The position numbers and the translations under genes are program-made. This document shows positions 1 through 64,000 of a DNA stretch of 64,000 nucleotides, piece after piece; position 1 is the first letter of the stretch; each line of letters begins with the position of its first letter. The notes beneath the pieces are model-generated. The model had not been told where the DNA came from, ran no database searches, and saw only the letters and a program-made list of their open reading frames with translations. The stretch comes from the human T2T-CHM13v2.0 reference genome, Homo sapiens: the NCBI RefSeq assembly GCF_009914755.1, contig NC_060938.1; one strand, 5' to 3'.

Positions 1-102
1 TGCTCAACTGGTAAGTATAATGCAAATATTCCAAAAGGTGAAAAAATCCAAAATCTTTAACACTTCTGGTCCCATGCATTTCAGATAAGGAATACTGAAT
101 TT
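1..102. mobile_element. Tigger4/MER46-like DNA transposon end
   Basis: aatgcaaatattccaaaa...aacacttctggtccca..catttc.gataagg.atact resembles the Tigger4 terminal region. Confidence 0.6.
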
Positions 103-196
103 GCATAAAAGCAATGTCAACATATAATATTAGTAATTGTGCATGTGAAGTTATTTCTTTAATTAATAATGAACTTGTGCTATACATACATGGTTA

Positions 197-55834
<55,638 letters not shown>

Positions 55835-56493
55835 TTAAAAAAAATCTGAGTTTTTGTAAGCTCAATGAAAAAAAAATCAAAATACAAATCTGCTTTTTTA
55901 AAAAAATGATGGGCACAAGCCAATATAGCATGTAGTGTCAATGAATTAGAAAACTACCAAAACACATTTTAAAATGTTAACATGCATAGAAACAGACAGT
56001 GAGGTGATGAAACATTTGGAAGTGCAGATAAAGATAGAGCTGTGCCAATAAATCAAGCAACTCAAATGCTATTAAATTTTTCCTACTTATTTACGTTCCA
56101 AGCAGAAAAAATACACCTTAACACAGAAAGCCGATCCAAGTATCCCACTGTAGACTCTTATAGGGTCTAATAAATTCTCCAGCTTCCTTCCCAAAAAGGC
56201 AAGAGGCATCTTTTCTTCAAATTTTGCTTCTCTGTTTGATTACATATTAGAAATGAAAGTCTCTACCCTCTTCCTAAATTTCTCTTTGTCAGGAAACTGT
56301 TCTCCCCAGGTGTTTTACTTTATTACGTATTAAAATCTTATTCACTGACATCAAATAAAGTCAATATATTTTTTAAAAAATCAATTGTATTCTTTTGTTT
56401 TTGGCAAAAACACCACTTAAATCTGCTAGGAAGAAACTTTACCTGCCTGTTATTGGCCCTTTCCATTAAACAGCCATCAAGCTCTAAAAACTA

Positions 56494-56859
<366 letters not shown>

Positions 56860-59800
56860 TCAGAGATTATCTAATTTAACTATCTCACAGATGAGAAAAT
56901 TGAAGCCCAGAGAGGTTAAGTTACTTTATCAAATTTACAATAAAAAAGTTTGAGAAACAGGCTTAGTGTTGCATATCACTGCATTATTTTCACTGCCTTC
57001 AGTGTCAGGATGAAATAACCATTTAACTGTTCAGATATATACAAATTCTCAACAGGAATTGTGGAAGCAAAATACAATGTCTATGAATCCATCATGGTCT
57101 GTAAGTTACCTAGAAATAACAAAAAAAAATTGTTTTCAGAAGTCAGCAAAATATAATGAAGAAAGGACAGAGTCAAAAAGTCAGCTGTTGCTACTTATTA
57201 GGCTTCTTGCACAAAAGTTAAATGCAACAGAACTATAACTGAACAATCAAAATGAGAAAATTTAGATCCAGAAGCAAAGCAGTGACTTGTCCAAGATTAC
57301 AAAATAATTTGTTGATTCTTACTCTAGATTTTGAGACTAGTTTCCTCATTTATAAAATGGAGATAGTCATTCAAAGTATTTTTGGGATCCATGCTACTAT
57401 GGCTGAAAAAAGGCTAGTCCCTCTGCAATTTCATTCATATCACCCTATTTGTATGAGGTCCAAATGGACCTACTTTATACTAAATTGAGATCAACATAGG
57501 TTTGTATTATGCCAAGATTCTAGTATATTCCTAGTGATATACTAGTAGGCTCTCAACATAGGTTAAATATATAGTATCTCCTGAAGCTGAAACAATTAAC
57601 TTTTTGTCCTTAAACTGAGGGGAATGTGCAACTTTAAAAAATGACATTGTTTTTCTTCCTCATGCACTCCACTGAGAAATTTTTCTAAGTGAAAAGCGAA
57701 ACATTTCCTTACAAACTTCACTTTGATGCACTTATACTCATTAAGCGTTTGTTAATACAGCAGATAACTAACTCATATCTGTGCATCTTGACAAACATAA
57801 ATATTTCGGTTTTTTACATCTGCCATAAGAGATCATAAGAACTTCTGCCTCAATGACAGAGATTATATTCAGCATGCACTCTAAATTTCTTTCCACACAA
57901 TATTCTAAAGAACTCAGCAAAGGATAAAGACTGTATAGCTGTTCTATAAGAATTCTTACGAATTTTATAGCTTGGAATTTATTTTACCAAAGGTCAAAAT
58001 CAAGATTTCAAAACATTAAAATCATAAAAACATTATGACACTAGCAAATGTACAAATGTCAGAAAAAAATAAAATATTAGTTTTAATTTTTAATTTCTTT
58101 TATAGATATTTCACAATTTTTCCATTCTAAAGAAGCCAGGAAAGATTATTATGATGTTCTGTGTTTAGGAATTCCTTCCCAAACTCAGCCCTCACTCCTT
58201 GTATATTAGAAAACGTAACCATTATTTCAGCCTATGTTTTTTTTTTTTCCTAAAACTTGTTACCATATATGACTATCTAAAACTTCTGTGCAAGCTTAAG
58301 AGGGAAAGAGCTTTAAAAAAAAAAAATGTAACTGGTTTTTTTCTACCAATATTGTAGTACCGGAGAATTTAAATTTAAACAATGTTTTTAAAAATTCTTA
58401 AGATTTAAATATAGTTCTTTCATGGCACATAATAATACTAACTACATAAAATCAAAGAAGAAAATAACACTGACAGGAAACCAACTTTATGCTAAATTCA
58501 GATCAAGAGGGCTGAATTATGTCAATACAAATGGCACTTGAATTGAGCATAATTGACTCTAATAAGCCTTACATTAGTTGAGCAAATATATACAGCTGAA
58601 CTTTACTGAGAAAAAGACTAAATAATAACTAAACTATATATAGTATTTTCCACATGCCAGGTATTGTTGTAAGCATCTGACATATCATTCATTTAATCCT
58701 CACAACAACCCCATGAAGTAGGTGCTATGCCTATTTTATAAATGAAGAAACTCTTTAAGTGACTTGTCCAAAATTACACAACTACAAAGTGAGGAGTTGT
58801 GGTGTCAAGTAAGGCAGAAATTAATCTTTACTCTTAATCTCTTGAATAATACATCATATATGTTTTGTACTCATGAAATAATTTATTAATTTTTAAATAA
58901 AACTTGGTAAAAATTAATTGTATTATTAAAAAACCATAAAGCCAGGCTTTAGTTATATCTCAGTATAAACAAAAAAGAATTTTAAAAAAACCACAGAGCA
59001 GCATAGTGATTTATCTCTATAAAGATAAGAATGTTAGAAATAAAAATCTAACTAAAACAAATGTTAGTAAATTATACAGAAGGAACCAATAAAAAAACTT
59101 TGAATTGCTAAAAATAATGGTGGCATCAGGTTTAAATAAAAATGCCCTCAAAACAATTTAATTATGCTTCTTATATTTTAACTTAAAAAATGAAAGCTTT
59201 TAAATAAAATTTTATATATTTTTCTCTTTCTTTTCTTTTTCTTAAGGGAAACCAACTGTGTCCTCTTACTCTCCCAGAGGAAGAGAAGAACGATCACCCA
59301 TGTTCAGAGAAACTCCTCTACTAACATACCTTAGAAATTATGCTTGAAAGTATAGTCTTTTCAATTAAATGTTAATCTAAAGCATTAGAAACCACTTAAT
59401 GAGTGAAACAATAAAAACGTTGTTTTCAAGAGATTTACACAAACTGCTTTTGAACATTGAGAAAATGCTTTGGTAAAATAAATTTAAATTTAGAGTTTAA
59501 AAACTCTATAAAGTTACAGAAATGTCAAGTTTTATCTCTGGGTTTCCTTAATACTGTTTAGCATTAAAATGGGTCAATTATTTCTAGATTAAAAAACCGG
59601 TTTTTTCCCGGAAATATTTTGTTCAAAAAGTTTCCTGTGTTAGTTTGAAAGGAAAGCTGTACATTAAAGTATACTGTCAGCTTATAAAATGTTAAGAAAA
59701 AAGTACTCCTTTCCACTAGATTTAAGTCTCTTGAGGATTTTTGTTTTGTTCATTGCAATATCTCTATTGATTGAAAGAGGACCTGTCACATAAGTATGGG

Positions 59801-60524
59801 CTTAATAAATACTGGTAGAAGAAAAGCTCGCCTTAAAAAAAAAAAGTAGCTGCTTATTGGTAAAAAGCAAGTTAGTTACTCACAAACTCTTCAGTTAAAA
59901 TACTAACATATCACTAGAAATTTTAATAATTTCTGAAATGAATCATAGAATCAAGGGCCAAAATCCCCTTTACTAAAGTTAAATTATTTTACTGGTCAAG
60001 CACGAACGTTAGCTATCAGTAATATTTTTATGGTCCCTAAATTCATAATATCATTTAAACTAGTTTACATAGAAATTGATGCCATTTTGAAACTCAGTTT
60101 TTTTCTGCTAATTACCTAAGTTTTTGTCTATTTGGGCAACAACGGCAATGTACTTCAAGGTAAGTAAAAACGATAGAGCATCTATGTTTCAAATATTATT
60201 AACAGAGGCTATTAAAATTCTATCTTTTTAAGATTAGATGTTCAATTTGCAGGTAATTCAAAGCAGTTTTTACATTATTGTAATCATATGAAAAGACTTA
60301 AAAGCAACAAATCAAGCTCAATAGTTTTCATTTAAACCACTAAAATTTAGCCCAGTCGACTATCTTCTCTTTTATTCTAATATTGTTTTCCTGATTTTAA
60401 AATTTTGAACATAAACTACCAATACATTTTTTATGTTAAGAAAAGTATAGTGTTTTGCTTATGATTATGCTATATAATGTCATGTTTAAGTTAGCTTCAC
60501 ATTTTTCTTGAGATGTTCTTTTTA

Positions 60525-60990
<466 letters not shown>

Positions 60991-61852
60991 CTAATTGGAA
61001 TTATGCTATAATCAGCAGATTACAAGTGGAAAATATGTAAAATATTAATATCCTATTCTACACTGATGACAGGAAAAAATTCTTGATTGTATAAAGAAGG
61101 GCCTACTTCTTTGATGAGATGAAAAATTCTCCTTATTGGGCAGAATTTAGGAAAAGGATAGGCCTGTGAGACATACTATTTTATTTTTCATTGACAGTCA
61201 CAAAACAGAAGTATAAAGAGCTCAATTCAAATAATAACATATCGTTAATAAAAAGAGATCAGTCCCCAACATTAGCAGTCTACATACTATAGCCTAGATA
61301 GACCAGAGTCCAATAGCAACAAAAATGACAAATCAGTTTTGGGAACTGGTTGAAAGAAACTGGGTCTGTAAGCTTAATTTCAGGATGAGAAACTCATAGT
61401 ACTTGATTAGAAAATACTAAATAAGAAACATTTGTGGAAGTATACACAAAGCTGCCTACCATGTTTATATACTTTTATATTCCTTTTTTCACTAAAGTGT
61501 TACTTTTGGCAGTAAAAGTAATTTGCTTAAGAACGATGATTCAGATTTCTGGCTTCTCTCTTATCTGTTTATCAGGAAAATAATGACTGTCAGGCTGGGT
61601 TACCAAATGTCTACAATCTAGTGCAGTAATGATAAGTAATTATCAAAGGCCAATGAGAGAGAAGCCAAGGAGTGTACTTGCCCAGACACCAGAATAAATT
61701 ATATTAGATGTTTGTGCAAGCCAACATATTGTATCAAATTTGATACATATTTTTCAAACTGTTATAGATGAGTCTGATGTTAAGAAACAGTGCATTGACA
61801 TAGTGCTAATGCCCACAAACTGGTCCCCAGAGCTTAAGAAAAACTCTTTAAG

Positions 61853-62140
61853 GGCTGGGTGTGGTGGCTCACGCCTGTAATCCCAGCATTTTGGGAGGCC
61901 AAGGTGTGGAGGATCACTTGAGCCCAGGAGTTTAAGACCAGCCTGGGCAACTTTATGTTCAGAATTTCCCTGGGCAACAACCCTGTCTCTACAAAAAAAT
62001 AAAAAAATTAGCCGGATGTGGTGGCACGTGCCTATGATCCCAGCTACATGGGAGGCTGAGGCAGGGAAGTCAAGGCTGCAGTGAGTCATGTTTGCACCAC
62101 TGCACTCCAGCCTAGGCAACAGAGCAAATTAAAAAAAAAA
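61853..62140 (+). mobile_element. AluJ-like with an internal rearrangement
   Basis: cctgggcaac occurs twice; TSD aactctt. Confidence 0.88.
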
Positions 62141-63073
62141 TTTTTTTTTTTAACTCTTCAAGAATACTCAACTATTCAACTAGGTTAGTCTATAGCTGTA
62201 TATAAAGCTATATCATATAGCATCATACTTACAACAATGCAGGTAGTATGGACAGTTAGAACAAGAACACTGGAGGAGGAAAAATGGGCTGGGAACAAAT
62301 AAGGTACTTAGAAAACTGATGGTCCTTTCTCATAGATTTTGGTACGTTAAAAAAAAAAAAGGATTTAAAGGACTTCCCTTTACCTCCCCAATTATCCAAA
62401 AGTATCAGATAAATATTTTTCTAACAAATTCTACTTCTAACCATAAACTAGAGGTAGATTGTCTATGAGTCGTTTCATTGAGGTTTTTTTTTGGTGAAGT
62501 AGTTGAAGAAACCTCATTTCCTGATTTCAGAGATAGACTCAGGAAATATTTTATGAGTTCGTTTAAGCTAATTCACATGAGGGAGAGCTACAAAAGCATG
62601 AAAAACCATTTACTTTTTCCCCTTCATACAGTTCACTTTCTTATTAATTCTCTGCACATTAAACTATTCTAAAGTAAAATTTAGTCAAACCTTGGAAGAA
62701 ACATCAGCAATTAAAAAGTATGATTGGTTGATGATCTAAGATTTTGGTGATTGTTTTTTAATTTAGCACTATTTTTACAACTCTCTATTCTTATAACTCA
62801 TACATTTTCTCTTATCTCTTCCACTCTCCTTCGCTCTACACCTAACACCTGAGGAATCAAATTCCAAGTCTTTAATTTGCTTCCAAGAATCGCAGAGGCA
62901 AAGACCAATCCAATAATTTAGATTTCTACAATGTAAACTGGTAGAAGATTAATCCTGCTTAATTTTCATATTGGTTCTCTCTGGAACCTTAATGGCACAG
63001 GATATCAATATGTGTACTTGGAAAGGTGTTCTGTGCTTAAATAAGTCTGAGACATATTCAATTATAAACAGTG

Positions 63074-63389
63074 TTTTTTTTTGTTTTGTTTTGTTTTGTT
63101 TTTTTTTGAGACGGAGTCTTGCTCTGTCGCCCAGGCTGGAGTGCAGTGGGCGATCTCGGCTCACTGCAAGCTCCACCTCCTGGGTTCATGCCATTCTCCT
63201 GCCTCAGCCTACTGAGCAGCTGGGACTACAGGCGCCTGCCACCAAGCCTGGCTAGTTTTTTTGTATTTTTAGTAGAGATGGGGTTTCATCGCGTTAGCCA
63301 GGATGGTCTCAAACTCCTGACCTCATGATCTGCCTGCCTCAGCCTCCCAAAGTTGCTGGGGGTACAGGTGTGAGCCACTGTGCCTGGCC
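63074..63389 (-). mobile_element. AluY-like
   Basis: gttagccaggatggtctc diagnostic; (TTTTG)n tail. Confidence 0.92.
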
Positions 63390-64000
63390 AACAGTTTTGT
63401 TTTTTTTTTTAACAGGTTTTCTAAGGGCCTTTGGTATGTTGATTTGCACTATGAATCTTTAATCTTTTCCTCTACACACCTATTTGCATCTCCTGGAAAG
63501 TGTTCTAAATTTACGTATCAGCTTGAAAAATCCTGACTTCATTTGCAATCAGGAAAGGAGGGATTTTGCTATTTTAAAGTGACAGGTTCCTTGCCTCTTT
63601 CAAATTCTAAGAGAAAAAAATGATTTTTAATTCAAAATAACTGTAATTATGCTTTTATATTTTAAATGTACACAAGCATAAAAAACTGGCAGTAAAAGCA
63701 TCTGAAGTTGTCAATAAATTATCACTGGTTTTGGAGGATTATGTGTATTTTTGCATATGCTTTTCCATATAATCCATGTTTTCTAAAATGAACATTATTT
63801 TGATAATCAGATATAAAGTTTGTTTTGTTTTAGTGACTGATGTCTCAACACCATCTAAATCTTTAAATTTATCATAGAAGGCATATTACCCCAGATAGGG
63901 AAAAGGAATACAACAAATAAAATTGCCATTTAGAAAATTCCTTTCCAACAGTGCTCATAAATGTTTAAATCATAAAATCATTAAAAAGGTAAACTTTCTG

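Noticed and set aside
59591-59606. Palindrome aaaaaaccggtttttt
   Set aside because: Low complexity and expected by chance in AT-rich DNA.

Overview
Primate (very probably human) genomic DNA from the middle of RALGAPA1 (GARNL1/TULIP1, catalytic alpha-1 subunit of the RalGAP complex), transcribed on the minus strand. Sixteen coding exons (55746 down to 310) splice into one open frame with matching phases: 737 codons with the short first exon, or 1196 codons with its 1377-nt extension. The gene start, the C-terminal GAP domain and the gene end lie outside the window. Introns are AT-rich and repeat-dense: about 35 Alus, a ~7 kb old antisense L1 with nested insertions, L2/MIR, a MaLR LTR and DNA-transposon relics. 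No prokaryotic-type system (CRISPR, operon, rRNA/tRNA) is present, and nearly all other ORF-track entries are Alu/L1 artefacts. Points worth a second look: (1) a splicing module around the first exons, with a 459-aa extension carrying a PP1 RVxF-like motif, QKI/RBFOX motifs behind its distal donor, and a candidate in-frame 60-nt cassette exon; (2) two GC-AG introns, one with a short read-through C-terminus; (3) a ~207-bp local templated duplication pasted into an Alu, bracketing an in-frame exon; (4) an L1PA inserted at the homologous position of an older L1; (5) tiny TSD-flanked retro-insertions, one ending like an H/ACA snoRNA; (6) several template-switch hairpin scars. Gene identity and repeat subfamilies come from recognition, not from a database search, and repeat edges are approximate.
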